Shown here piece by piece: positions 39,527-49,846 of a stretch of 64,000 nt of DNA. Under the pieces are notes generated by a model, which worked only from the letters and a program-made list of their open reading frames with translations, did no database searches and was not told the origin of the DNA. The stretch is from Candidatus Bathyarchaeia archaeon (GTDB lineage Archaea > Thermoproteota > Bathyarchaeia > Bathyarchaeales > Bathycorpusculaceae). Each line of letters begins with the position of its first letter. The stretch's first letter is position 1. The position numbers and the translations under genes were made by a program. The stretch is from the NCBI GenBank assembly GCA_049515895.1, contig JBEKTQ010000001.1, positions 64,001 through 128,000 of the forward strand. The letters are read 5' to 3'.

Positions 39527-39964
39527 ATGCTTCGTGAGAAATCCTGTGGCGCTGTAGTATTCAATAGAAAAGATGATGCCACAAAATATCTCCTTTTGAA
39601 TTATGCAGCTGGGCATTGGGATTTCGTTAAAGGCAATGTTGAGATTAACGAAAGCGAGAAACAGACGGTTGTACGCGAGTTACAAGAAGAAACAAGCATA
39701 ACTGGGGCGCAGTTCATAGATGGATTCAGGGAAGCTATCGCTTACTTTTACAGGCGGCAGGGTTTGACAATACATAAGGAGGTTGTTTTCTTCGTGATGG
39801 AAGCTTTCACTGACAAGGTAGAGTTGTCTTTTGAACATGTAGGTTACGTTTGGCTGGATTACGCCCGTGCGCTAGAGAAATTAACTTTCAAAAACTCCAA
39901 AGACGTGCTGCAAAAGGCGCATGATTTTCTGAAGAAAAAAGGAATAATACAACCCGTAGAATGA
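39527..39964 (+). CDS. Nudix hydrolase (Ap4A hydrolase-like)
   Basis: EKSCGAVV, GHWDFVKGNVE..VVRELQEET Nudix box, LSFEH. Confidence 0.88.
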   Translation: MLREKSCGAVVFNRKDDATKYLLLNYAAGHWDFVKGNVEINESEKQTVVRELQEETSITGAQFIDGFREAIAYFYRRQGLTIHKEVVFFVMEAFTDKVELSFEHVGYVWLDYARALEKLTFKNSKDVLQKAHDFLKKKGIIQPVE

Positions 39965-39970
39965 TACACC

Positions 39971-41221
39971 CTATTTTACTATGAGACCGTGTCCAATGAG
40001 TCTCCAACGAGCCGTGATTTTTCTGCTTATGGCAACTCTTGAACCAGGCAGCGCACAGATTGGTCTAGTCAGCTTTACTTTTATGACGTTTTGTTTTATG
40101 CCGATGATTTTGCCAACGTTCACTGCAGCACCAATGTGAAGCAAAAGTGCCTCGTCAGGATTAAATTTCTCAACCTTTAGAAGCTCTTTTGTTCCCACAG
40201 CCCGCTCTAAAACGTAAGTCTCTAAAGTAAGCTCGGTTAACGTCGGCGGAAGAATTCCAACTTTTCCCGCGATGCTTCCAGTTAAGCCATCTGCTTTCGA
40301 GTATGATGGATCAAGCAATGTTCCAACGCCGACTAGTCCTCCACATGTAGCTTCCTTGACGCTTTGTTCGCCCGCGTGCAAACTGACTATTTCGCTGATA
40401 AGCGGTTCATAGATGGTTTTGCCTTCTCTTTCAACGCTGATTCCTGGGCGAATTTCTATTTCTTCTCCAACAACAAATTTTCCCTGAGCTATTGTTCCTC
40501 CAACAATGCCGCCTTCTAAAGCGTCGATGGTTGTTCCGGGCTTGTTAACGTCAAAGGAGCGAATAATGTACATGAGGGGCGGTTTGGTTTCGTCTCTTTT
40601 GGGCGTGGGAATGATTGTTTCAATAGCGTTGAGCAAGACGTCAATGTTTATGCTTCTTTGCGCGGAGATTGGGATAATCGGTGCCTTTTCAGCCACTGTG
40701 CCTTTGATAAAGTTTTTAATTTCTTTATAGCTTTCCAGCGCTCTTTTCTCGTCTACAATGTCAATTTTGTTCTGCACGACAATTAAGTTTTTAATCCCGC
40801 TAACTTCCGCAGCTGCAAGATGCTCGCGAGTTTGCGGTTGAGGACACGGTTCGTCGGCTGCGATAACGAGAATCGCGCCGTCCATTATTGCTGCGCCGCT
40901 AAGCATGGTGGCCATCAACGCTTCGTGGCCGGGGGCATCTACGAAGCTTATCGCTCGAACAAATTCTGCAGGAGAATTACATTTCTCGCAATAAGGTTTG
41001 TTGGTGTAGTTGTTCGGCGGCTCGCATTTTGGGCATTTGTAAATCGGCATGTCTGCGTAGCCCAGTTTGATAGTGATGCCTCTTTTCAGTTCTTCGCTGT
41101 GTCTAGATGCCCATGTGCCCGTTAACGCTTGCACCAAAGTTGTTTTTCCGTGATCTACGTGACCTATTGTGCCAACGTTGACTTCTGGCTGCTTAAGCAG
41201 GGCTTTTCTCGCGTCACTCAT
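39971..41221 (-). CDS. eif2g: Translation initiation factor 2 gamma subunit
   Basis: GHVDHGKTT, RGITIKLGYA, DAPGHE, QNKID, RSFDVNKPG. Confidence 0.97.
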   Translation of the reverse strand: MSDARKALLKQPEVNVGTIGHVDHGKTTLVQALTGTWASRHSEELKRGITIKLGYADMPIYKCPKCEPPNNYTNKPYCEKCNSPAEFVRAISFVDAPGHEALMATMLSGAAIMDGAILVIAADEPCPQPQTREHLAAAEVSGIKNLIVVQNKIDIVDEKRALESYKEIKNFIKGTVAEKAPIIPISAQRSINIDVLLNAIETIIPTPKRDETKPPLMYIIRSFDVNKPGTTIDALEGGIVGGTIAQGKFVVGEEIEIRPGISVEREGKTIYEPLISEIVSLHAGEQSVKEATCGGLVGVGTLLDPSYSKADGLTGSIAGKVGILPPTLTELTLETYVLERAVGTKELLKVEKFNPDEALLLHIGAAVNVGKIIGIKQNVIKVKLTRPICALPGSRVAISRKITARWRLIGHGLIVK

Positions 41222-41312
41222 ATTTTTCTCTTCTCAATAAATGTAATGAAATATGAAAGAACTATGGAAGTTTATAAGGTTTGAGCATGCATGCAGTCTG
41301 CAAAAATGTTGC

Positions 41313-41705
41313 TTATTTTGGGGGTTGCTTAGGCTTAGCTTCAGCGGCTTTTGCGACTGGTTTTTCAACGATTTTCATGTTGATTTGGACAATTTCGTCT
41401 GTTATTGTGCTGCCTCGGACTGTTTTCCGTTTTCTTTCTCCCTTTTTCTTCGGGGTGAAGCCTGCTCCGCCGCTTAGCACGACTCTTCTTCGGACGCCGC
41501 CATGAACGTTTCCTCTGATGGGAACGCCATCTTTGTCTGAGCCCCCTGTTATTTGCACTTTGTGAGCTGGCAGGTCTACTATTAAGCCGTCCAGGGTTTC
41601 TCCGACCCTTCTACCTATGAAGGGTGCTGCTCGTGCTTCTTCCAGCTCTACAACTTTTGATGTTCCTGCCTCGGGATCTGATACGATTATCTTGAATTTT
41701 GCCAT
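41313..41705 (-). CDS. rps6e: 30S ribosomal protein S6e
   Basis: ITGGSDKDGVP, GERKRKTVRG, IVQINMKI. Confidence 0.96.
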   Translation of the reverse strand: MAKFKIIVSDPEAGTSKVVELEEARAAPFIGRRVGETLDGLIVDLPAHKVQITGGSDKDGVPIRGNVHGGVRRRVVLSGGAGFTPKKKGERKRKTVRGSTITDEIVQINMKIVEKPVAKAAEAKPKQPPK

Positions 41706-41847
41706 TTGCTGATTTTACTCTCCAGCGGAGTATGAATTTGGGCTATCTCTCTATTAAGGATTTACGAGAAAAACATCTTTGAAGTAGCTTTTCTAACCAA
41801 CTTATCATTGTGTAGGCAAAAGCTTTAATGCAACTAGAAGTGCTTTC

Positions 41848-43077
41848 TTGGCTATGTGGCGGTTGGGGTTCTTCTTCCATGACATTGCCTTCGGATTGCT
41901 AACCGTCTTTATACCACTGTATGTGGTAGCGTTCAAGAACACCAGTATCTTAGGCGGGCCACTGCTTGCTCTTGGCGTCATGACTTCAATAGCGATTTTC
42001 TGCTCGATTCCCGCCTCGTTTCTCTGGGGGTACCTCTGCGACGCTACCCGTCACTACAAAATCTTCATTCTCCTCGCTTTTGCTTCGATAGCCACGATTC
42101 TTTTCCTCATGACGCTTCCCTTCGCTCAGAACCTAATCGTCTTTGTCGTCTTGTACGTGGTCATGCAGATGCTTCATGTGGCGCATGAATCGCCTAAAAA
42201 CGTGCTCGTCACCGAGCATTACAGCCGCAATGATTGGGAAAGAACATTCGGGATTTATGAGGGCATCACGGAAATGGGAACCATTGTCGGTTTAGCAATC
42301 GGGATATTTTTGTTTGCGTCTGCTCTTAGCTCTTCGTTGTTGTCGACCTACACGCTTTATCTTTGCAGTGGCTTAAGCGTGGTGGCTTTGATTCTGGCGG
42401 TGCTGTTGGTCGCTGACCCGTTGCTCATTTTTGAGCGGCGGCTGGTTGGTATTGAGAGAAAAATGGATTATGCTAATCGTGGTTTGGAGGGTTCATCGAA
42501 GCTTATGGATGGACTTCCCTGGAAGGGGTCGCTTAAAGAGGAAAGTTTCGCTGGGTTCGCCACAGCAATAGTTTTGTTTGCTCTTGCAACCAGTCTCTTT
42601 TTCACGCCTCTGCCCATCTTTCTTAGGCAGGGTTTACATTTGTCTACAAGTTGGGTTTATGTTGCGTATATTTTAAACTCTGTTGGCGGGACAACAGGTT
42701 ACTTCCTCATCGGTCGCCGGGCGCAGTCAATGGACATAAGAAAGCAAATGCCGCGTTTTGTGCTTCTACGCAGCATACTTATTTTTGCGCTTGTCGGCGT
42801 TATAGTGCTTGCTTTCGAGCCTACAATCATGACGGGTATCCTGCTGATTTTCATCGGTTTCGCTTACGCCATTTTCTACATAATGATGCTTTCCCTCTCC
42901 ATGGAGGTTATACCTCAGGGAAAAGCTGGGCTTTTCGACGGTATGGTCGGTTTAGGATCAGCATTTGGTGCTTTCCTTGGGCCATTTCTTGCATACAATC
43001 TGCATTATACGGCAACGTTCGTCACTGCAGCTCTCGTTTTCTTAGTCGCCTTCCTTGCCTTGAAACTGTTACGATAA
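41848..43077 (+). CDS. MFS transporter
   Basis: ~12 TM in two halves; WGYLCDATRHYK motif A-like loop. Confidence 0.85.
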   Translation: MAMWRLGFFFHDIAFGLLTVFIPLYVVAFKNTSILGGPLLALGVMTSIAIFCSIPASFLWGYLCDATRHYKIFILLAFASIATILFLMTLPFAQNLIVFVVLYVVMQMLHVAHESPKNVLVTEHYSRNDWERTFGIYEGITEMGTIVGLAIGIFLFASALSSSLLSTYTLYLCSGLSVVALILAVLLVADPLLIFERRLVGIERKMDYANRGLEGSSKLMDGLPWKGSLKEESFAGFATAIVLFALATSLFFTPLPIFLRQGLHLSTSWVYVAYILNSVGGTTGYFLIGRRAQSMDIRKQMPRFVLLRSILIFALVGVIVLAFEPTIMTGILLIFIGFAYAIFYIMMLSLSMEVIPQGKAGLFDGMVGLGSAFGAFLGPFLAYNLHYTATFVTAALVFLVAFLALKLLR

Positions 43078-43340
43078 CATATCAAGTTACTCGCCATTTT
43101 TATGATGGGCTTTATCTAAAAAGGTAGGGACCTCTGTAAATCGTTCTTCACAGCCTGCTTCCCTCGGGCTGCCAGACAATTAAAAAAGGTGCTTCAATAG
43201 AATAAAATTAGATTTCCTGTTTTCGACAAATCTGTTCGGTTCGGTTTTTTGCTTGTTGTAGATAATTTGGGAAAACGTGGTTGCGAGGCTGATTAGGTGA
43301 AAACACGAGAAAGAAAGAAAAAAAGATTTTAGGTTTTGGT

Positions 43341-44783
43341 TTATTCTGTGTGGACTCTGTAAAGGTCGATGTCTTCACGCATTGCTGGTGTTAGTTCAAG
43401 GAAATCTCTTACTGCCCGCACGATGTCTCTGCTCTGAGTGACGTATCTGCCGACGATTAGGATGTCTGCGTCCTGTTCTAAGGCTTCCTTAGCTGTTTCC
43501 GGCACGATTCCGCCTGCAACTGCAATGAGGAGTTTCTTGTTAGGGAAAGCTTGGCGTATCATTTTTATGCGTTCGAGTCCGCAGGTTCTGCCGCTTTCTT
43601 GGTCGATGCCTCTGTGAAGGATGACAATATCCGGTAAGTCCTTAAGCGATTTCAGCTTTCCGAGAACGTCTTCCACGTTTAGCATGTCGATGACCGCGTA
43701 GATTCCCATGCGTCTGGCTTCTGAAACGGTTGCGTCAAGGGTCTCTGGGGGTGCTAAGCCCGCTGCGACAACTGCGTCTGCCGTGTCTTCGTATGCGATG
43801 TCCACTTCAACCTTGCCTACATCAAGCGTTTTGAGGTCTGCAATTATAAATTTGTCTTTGGCTGCTTGCCGTAGCTCGCTGATCACTTTTGTGCCGTAGC
43901 GTTTGATCAGTGGGGTTCCGGCTTCAATGATGATTCTGTCGCTTCCCGGAAGTTGTTCAAGAACCTTCTTTGCCGCTTCAAGTGAGGGCGCGTCAAGTGC
44001 AATTTGTAGGTATGGTGGTCTCCACAGGCGTGGCACTTTGAAGCCCATTATCGGGTGCTTTGAACGGTCTTTTTCGTAGATGATCTTTTCGTACGACGGA
44101 TACTTCTTCAGTGCCCTCTGAAGCGCCATTTTCGTTGCGCCGTAATTGTACTGATAAATCCTTCTATAGTCGGCTGCTTGGGGATGAATAAAGACGCTGC
44201 AGATTATGACCCAATCGTCAAGATGCTCGCGGGGGATGATTCCCTCTTCAGTTGAATCCGCGATGGCTTTGGCAACCGCCGCTTGCGCGGGACCAAAAAT
44301 TTTTCCCGTGTCCTCCATGTTCTTCACGGTTACTTTGGGCACTATTAGCGTGTGGGGTTTAGGCGGCAAATTTGGCCTAATAACTGCCAGGAGTGGCGTG
44401 TGACCTGCGGAAAGGTTTGTCATCCCATTAGCGAATGCTTGGCCTACCGGGCCGTCCTTGTCGCCGATCATCAAGTCAATGTGCGCAACTTCGTTTCCTT
44501 CCCCGACCAGAGATTCGCCGATTAAGTAAGTACTTTCAGAATCTTCACCCGAGGCATCTGCAATGCCTGTCGGTATGCGGTCAACAATTTCCTTAAAATC
44601 GACATTAAACTCCTTTAACCAACTATAAAGTGTGTCTCTATGAATGTCCATCTCCTTAGCCGTTCCGACTATTGTCGGTTTTGTCGGCTTATTCTTTAGA
44701 TCAACCTCATTCTTTGCTGCTTCCGTCAACACTTTAACAAATTCTTCCCTAGTTTCTGGCTTTTTAGCATCTGTTCCCGACAT
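43341..44783 (-). CDS. fae-hps: Bifunctional formaldehyde-activating enzyme / 3-hexulose-6-phosphate synthase with extra N-terminal HTH domain
   Basis: Fae: [46 protein letters not shown]; Hps: [32 protein letters not shown]. Confidence 0.93.
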   Translation of the reverse strand: MSGTDAKKPETREEFVKVLTEAAKNEVDLKNKPTKPTIVGTAKEMDIHRDTLYSWLKEFNVDFKEIVDRIPTGIADASGEDSESTYLIGESLVGEGNEVAHIDLMIGDKDGPVGQAFANGMTNLSAGHTPLLAVIRPNLPPKPHTLIVPKVTVKNMEDTGKIFGPAQAAVAKAIADSTEEGIIPREHLDDWVIICSVFIHPQAADYRRIYQYNYGATKMALQRALKKYPSYEKIIYEKDRSKHPIMGFKVPRLWRPPYLQIALDAPSLEAAKKVLEQLPGSDRIIIEAGTPLIKRYGTKVISELRQAAKDKFIIADLKTLDVGKVEVDIAYEDTADAVVAAGLAPPETLDATVSEARRMGIYAVIDMLNVEDVLGKLKSLKDLPDIVILHRGIDQESGRTCGLERIKMIRQAFPNKKLLIAVAGGIVPETAKEALEQDADILIVGRYVTQSRDIVRAVRDFLELTPAMREDIDLYRVHTE

Positions 44784-45001
44784 TTAATTTACCCTCAGGG
44801 CTCTCCTGTGTGCTATCTCGTATATAAAAATGTCGGATGCTTAGAAAAGTATTCGAGGTCGTCGGGGTAGTTTTGGCGTTTTGTTGTCGCTTAGAATTTT
44901 GCTCTATCAGGGGGAGACGCACGTTTTTCTTCAGTGAAAAGATATAGCGCTAAATCTATATACCTTGGAGTTTTAGTTGTTGCATCCTATGAGGCAATCT
45001 G

Positions 45002-45205
45002 ATGTCTTGGACTGACTATGCGTGTTTAGGCGTATTCATATTTGGCTTTCTGCTGTTCATACTTGGAGCCAATATCTATAACGCTGTCATCGGTTACGCT
45101 GGTCTTTATCTTTCGATCGGCGCAATCATAGCTTACCTTGTCATATACATATACAAGGAATTCACTAAACAGCCTCCTACCCCTCCGACATCCCCGACCT
45201 CTTAA
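45002..45205 (+). CDS. Small membrane protein (2 TM)
   Basis: Two hydrophobic helices, Pro-rich tail. Confidence 0.6.
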   Translation: MSWTDYACLGVFIFGFLLFILGANIYNAVIGYAGLYLSIGAIIAYLVIYIYKEFTKQPPTPPTSPTS

Positions 45206-46728
45206 AAACCATAAATTGCGCCGTATTTCTCGTTCAAATACTTTGTAAAAGCCTCAGGATTTAAGCTTCTTCCGGTCGCTTTCTCAATTAGTTCTTCGGG
45301 CTCGTAGAGATTGCTTTGGCTGTGTATGTGTTTTTTCAGCCAGTCGTTAGGCTGGTTTAGCTTCCCAGTAACGAGTTGTTTTCGCCAATCAGGTATGTCT
45401 TTGGTGATTGCGGCTAATATTTGTCCGCTGTAAATGTTGCCAAGGGCGTAGCTTGGGAAATAACCGTACAGACCGCTTGCCCAATGGGTATCCTGCATTA
45501 CTCCCTCAGAATCATCCTGAACTTTAACCCCTAGATAATCAGCATATTTCTGGTTCCAAACTTCTGGAAGCTCGTTGACCGTGATTTTGCCGGCAAAAAG
45601 ATCTCTTTCAATTTCGAAGCGGACAATAATATGTAGGTTGTACGTTACCTCGTCGGCTTCAATGCGTATTTTCGACAACTGCACCCTGTTAATAGCCTTT
45701 ACAAACTTGTCTAATTCAAGGGTTGCAAGGCTGGGAGCTGTTTTTTTGAGGTTAGGCATTAAGCCTGTCCAGAATTCTTTTGAGCGGCCAACTACATTTT
45801 CGTAGAAGCGTGATTGTGATTCGTGTATGCCAAAGGAGCAGGGGGCGCCAATTGGCTGGTACTTCCATTTCGGGTTAAGGTTCTGCTCGTACCGCGCATG
45901 CCCACTTTCGTGAAGAACAGAAAAGATTGAGCTTGCAAAATTGTTCAGGTAGTAATGCGTAGTTATGCGAACGTCATCGTAGTAGCCTTCGGTAAAGGGA
46001 TGTTCTGTTTCATCAATTCTTCCGCGAGCCTCAGGCGAAAAGGTATCGTATCCTAAGGTTTGAGTTAAAAGCTGCGCGATTTTTCGTTGATTTTCGATTG
46101 GAACGGACTGGCAAAGTATCGTTGCGTCAGGCTTGCTTTTGCTGGACTGAATCTTACCCAAAAGCTGTTTTAAGCCGCCTTGAAGCTGGTTAAATGTTGA
46201 AGTAATCGCGTTCGCAGTCATTTTAGGTTCAAAATTGTCGATTAAAGCTTCGTACGGCGTTTTAGTTTCTTTCACTTTCATGAGGATTTCTGCCGCTTCC
46301 GTGCTCAAGTCCAGGAGCTTTTGCAAATTAGGCTTGAAAATGCTGAAGTCTTTTCGGGCTTTAGCTTTTTTCCAGACGTTCACCGTTATTGCTTCTTGCT
46401 TGGCAATTTCAGCCACCAATTTTTCTGGCAGGCTTGTTTGTTCTCTGTAGCTTTTGTTGATGAGGTAGATGTTTCGTTTTTCAGCTTGGCTCATCGATCC
46501 AAATTCGGGGCTTGCTTGTATGGAGGCTAATAGGTTCCCGATTTTCGGGTCGGTGCTCATCTGATGATGAATACGGGTTAACAGGGACAACTGATTGCTT
46601 CTTTGCTCAACTGCACCGGGCGGCATCATGGTTTCCATGTCCCAGTGGATTATACCCTCAGCGGTTACAAGGACTGTAATGTCCTCAATTTTTGATAACA
46701 ATTCTTTATAGTCACCAGAGATGTCCAT
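45202..46728 (-). CDS. Carboxypeptidase M32 (Taq-type)
   Basis: HESGHARYEQ, GIHESQS, IRIEADEVTY, QDTHW, YFPSYALG. Confidence 0.95.
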   Translation of the reverse strand: MDISGDYKELLSKIEDITVLVTAEGIIHWDMETMMPPGAVEQRSNQLSLLTRIHHQMSTDPKIGNLLASIQASPEFGSMSQAEKRNIYLINKSYREQTSLPEKLVAEIAKQEAITVNVWKKAKARKDFSIFKPNLQKLLDLSTEAAEILMKVKETKTPYEALIDNFEPKMTANAITSTFNQLQGGLKQLLGKIQSSKSKPDATILCQSVPIENQRKIAQLLTQTLGYDTFSPEARGRIDETEHPFTEGYYDDVRITTHYYLNNFASSIFSVLHESGHARYEQNLNPKWKYQPIGAPCSFGIHESQSRFYENVVGRSKEFWTGLMPNLKKTAPSLATLELDKFVKAINRVQLSKIRIEADEVTYNLHIIVRFEIERDLFAGKITVNELPEVWNQKYADYLGVKVQDDSEGVMQDTHWASGLYGYFPSYALGNIYSGQILAAITKDIPDWRKQLVTGKLNQPNDWLKKHIHSQSNLYEPEELIEKATGRSLNPEAFTKYLNEKYGAIYGF

Positions 46729-46852
46729 TTCAAGTCACTTCTGATTTCATAGTGGAATTCGGTGTATTTATTTTTCCCTCAGTCAGGCTAACGCTTATTT
46801 GGTTGAAATGGTTCTAAGGTATTCTTAATCAATTTATTGAAGGAAAATTCAA

Positions 46853-47530
46853 ATGAGTAGTACAGAATCGAGTAAGACATTAGCTGGTCTTGGTTCCCTA
46901 TTGCTGATACTCAGCCCTATTCCATACGCAGGCGCAGTGTTAGGCATAATCGGTGCAATTCTGCTGTTAATCGGCATAAAGGGGCTCTCAAGTTACTACC
47001 AAGACAACGCAATCTACGAAAACGCGTTGATGGGCATTATCTTCCTAATAATCGCCGTGATCGCAGTCGCAGTAGCCGCTGCAGCATTGGCAATCGGTTT
47101 TACATCTATAATTGGCTTAGGCATAGGCATTTTGGCATTTATAGCGGGCTTAGTTATCGCTTTCGTATTCTATTTAGTAGCAGCTTTGCGCTTGAGAAAA
47201 ACTTTTGATGCACTTGCGCAGAAATCAGGAGAACAGTCGTTTACCACCGCTGGTACTTTACTTTGGTGGGGCGCCATACTGACAATAGTTGTTGTAGGCT
47301 TACTGCTGATATTTCTCGCGTGGATATTTGCCACAGTAGGTTTCTTTTCTATGAGGCTTCAACCGCAGCAGCAACCTTATGGTTCTCAACCATATAGTTC
47401 ACCTCCGCCCTCAATGCCGCCAGTAACACAGCCAACACAAGCGGCGCGTTATTGCTCTAACTGTGGAGCACCTGTAGCGATTGATGCGACTTTTTGTTCT
47501 CACTGTGGAAAACAGTTGACGCCAGCTTGA
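46853..47530 (+). CDS. DUF996-like membrane protein with C-terminal zinc ribbon
   Basis: Multiple TM helices; CSNCG..FCSHCG. Confidence 0.8.
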   Translation: MSSTESSKTLAGLGSLLLILSPIPYAGAVLGIIGAILLLIGIKGLSSYYQDNAIYENALMGIIFLIIAVIAVAVAAAALAIGFTSIIGLGIGILAFIAGLVIAFVFYLVAALRLRKTFDALAQKSGEQSFTTAGTLLWWGAILTIVVVGLLLIFLAWIFATVGFFSMRLQPQQQPYGSQPYSSPPPSMPPVTQPTQAARYCSNCGAPVAIDATFCSHCGKQLTPA

Positions 47531-47534
47531 ATCT

Positions 47535-47560
47535 CACTTTTTTGTTTTTTCTTTTGTTTA
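47535..47560 (+). terminator. Oligo-T archaeal terminator
   Basis: TTTTTTGTTTTTTCTTTTGTTT directly after the stop codon. Confidence 0.5.
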
Positions 47561-47760
47561 ACAAGCCACTTTTGAGCTCATTATTCAACGAGATGCCCAG
47601 TGTGGAGACCTGTGTGGGTTTTTTCGGGGGCAGTGGCGCTCATTGTACTGGTGCCGCATGAGAAAGTTTGAAGCTGAGGGTTTGAACTACTAAATGAAAA
47701 TTTTGTGAATTAATTATGCATACTTTTTGAAGAGCCAAAAGGGCAAAGAAAAGACTCAGA

Positions 47761-47835
47761 TGCTCCGGCCGGGATTTGGACCCGGGTCGCCGACTCGAAA
47801 GGCCGGCATACTTGACCGGACTATACTACCGGAGC
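47761..47835 (-). tRNA. tRNA-Glu(UUC)
   Basis: GCTCCGG acceptor stem, CCGGC-CTTTCGA-GTCGG anticodon arm, CCGGG-TCCAAAT-CCCGG T arm; no encoded CCA. Confidence 0.9.
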
Positions 47836-47904
47836 GCTTTTGCAAGAAGCATCAAGCAGAATGCTTTTTCCCTCGAATAAACCTTACCCTTCCATAACTT
47901 GCCT

Positions 47905-48417
47905 TCAGGCGGCTGGGGCTTTTTTGTTTCCAGTCTTTGGCTTAAATAAAAATCCAATTATTTGATCGACAAGTTTAGCCTGAACTTTAACTGTTTTTTC
48001 GAGTTCTTGGATTCTTTTTTCCAGGTCGTTTGAGATGATTTTCCCTTCGATCCTGTTTGCTGAGCGGAACATCAGCAGCATCTTGAAAACTTCAGCTATG
48101 GCTTTTTCCTGCTCTTCAGCGGATGCTGGTTTTATCCCGGCGATGATGGATAGCTGTTCGACGTAGTGTTCTTTGATTTTGAGTTCTGCGTTCACCGAAG
48201 GATCGGTTGGAAACGCGATGCTCAGCGGGGTCTGCTTGGATAGCTCCGCTGCTGTCGGGAAACGGATTATTATGTCTCCTCTTATCCATGAAGAAACGAA
48301 TTCGGTGACGTAACGTCTAATGTCGTCTTGGCTAAAAAGCAGCGGAGATTCAATTTTCGGTTCAGGTTTCCTTTTAATCCTCACGCTGATGACTTTCTTG
48401 TCTGGGCTACTTGACAA
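47905..48417 (-). CDS. Hypothetical protein with C-terminal coiled coil
   Basis: 170 aa ORF in the same orientation as the HD gene. Confidence 0.6.
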   Translation of the reverse strand: MSSSPDKKVISVRIKRKPEPKIESPLLFSQDDIRRYVTEFVSSWIRGDIIIRFPTAAELSKQTPLSIAFPTDPSVNAELKIKEHYVEQLSIIAGIKPASAEEQEKAIAEVFKMLLMFRSANRIEGKIISNDLEKRIQELEKTVKVQAKLVDQIIGFLFKPKTGNKKAPAA

Positions 48418-48490
48418 CGCTCAATCCTTCCTCAAACGCCGAGTTTCTCTGCTTTCCTTCTTAGCATCAACTAGTATTTAAGAAAAGATG

Positions 48491-49777
48491 CTAAAACGAT
48501 ATCTTCGCAGACGATGGAATTTTGCCTAAGATTTTAGCTGTTGCCTTCTCCACCTTATCGCGGTCATCTGCGTTAGTGTAGACCCGAAGAATGTTCATGA
48601 ATCCCTTAAGTGTTTCAAAAATCTTCGACATTTCGCTTAGCCGCTGCAGGGTTTTTTCGCCAGTTTGGTTTTTGGTGAAAACTGGAATTTCCATAGATTC
48701 CATTAGCACTGCGTGGTGGTAAGGGACAGATGGAACCGTGGGGACGTCTATTATGACTGATTCGATGTTGACTCCTGCTTCTTTGGCGATTTCGCTTTGC
48801 ATTTGTCTGCGGTAGGATTCTCTGCCGAAAATGTTGGATATCATTGTGTCTTTCTCATAGAATGTTCGTTCGTATGCGCATTTTAGCATTTTTCGCCTTT
48901 CAAGGTTGCCGATTATTTCTTTAGATGCCGCACATTTCTTGAGTGATGCCCAAACCGTGTAGTCATCCAGTGCCATATAGTCTTCGGGCGTCTTAAACGC
49001 GGTCAACCCCAATTCGCTGTTGGCTTTCTCCATGGCGGTCGCCAGCATAATCTGAGCTGCTCTGCCGACACGGTGGAAATAGATGCTCTTGAACGATTCA
49101 ATGCGGGCTATCATGAAGGCTTCCAGCGCTGAGAGGGCGCCAAGTTCCACAGCTAAGTTTTCGCCTAAAACGTCAAGAGCATGGATGAGGCGGTAAACGT
49201 CGATGAAGCCGTACTCTGCGCCCGTGTGGTAAGTGTCTCTAACGATAAAGTCTTCTTTGTCAACATCTACGGCGCTGCTTATTATTTGGTCCAAGAACGC
49301 TTTGCCCTGTTTGTGAAGTTTCCCGACGGCGAGCTTAGCTGCCTCTTTTGGCTTGTAACCCATCTTTGACAGTTTGTCGCCGATCTCGCTTTTTTCAACA
49401 ATCCACGAAGTGATGTCCTCATGCGTTTTCTCCAAATCTTTAATCAACAGTTGCTCAAACACATGCGAAAAGGGGCCATGTCCTGCGTCATGAAGCAGTG
49501 CAGAAATCCTGCACATATCAATTTCTTCGTCGCTCAGAAGGTTTGAAATGTTGGGGTTCTCCAAAACCTTGCCTGCCAAAAACATGACGCCAACACAGTG
49601 TTCAAAGCGTGTGTGGTTTGCACCCGGATAAACGAATTCTGACCCAGCCAGTTGACGCAGACGTCTTAAGCGCTGCATCGGGTAAGAATCGATAACGGTT
49701 TTTTCCTCTTCAGAAATGTACACATACCCATGCACGGGATCCTTTATTTCTCCCCAGTAAGCTTTAAGCACAAGCAA
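48491..49777 (-). CDS. HD-domain phosphohydrolase (dNTP triphosphohydrolase/SAMHD1-like, COG1078)
   Basis: IKDPVHG, QRLRRLRQL, YPGANHTRFEH, LLHDAGHGPFSH, DVDKEDF..RD, IYFHR. Confidence 0.9.
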   Translation of the reverse strand: MLVLKAYWGEIKDPVHGYVYISEEEKTVIDSYPMQRLRRLRQLAGSEFVYPGANHTRFEHCVGVMFLAGKVLENPNISNLLSDEEIDMCRISALLHDAGHGPFSHVFEQLLIKDLEKTHEDITSWIVEKSEIGDKLSKMGYKPKEAAKLAVGKLHKQGKAFLDQIISSAVDVDKEDFIVRDTYHTGAEYGFIDVYRLIHALDVLGENLAVELGALSALEAFMIARIESFKSIYFHRVGRAAQIMLATAMEKANSELGLTAFKTPEDYMALDDYTVWASLKKCAASKEIIGNLERRKMLKCAYERTFYEKDTMISNIFGRESYRRQMQSEIAKEAGVNIESVIIDVPTVPSVPYHHAVLMESMEIPVFTKNQTGEKTLQRLSEMSKIFETLKGFMNILRVYTNADDRDKVEKATAKILGKIPSSAKISF

Positions 49778-49846
49778 TCCTCCAACTGCAAGTTATATTT
49801 ATTTGTCTCCCTATAATGTTAACGCTGACTAGCTGGAAGCAAAAAA

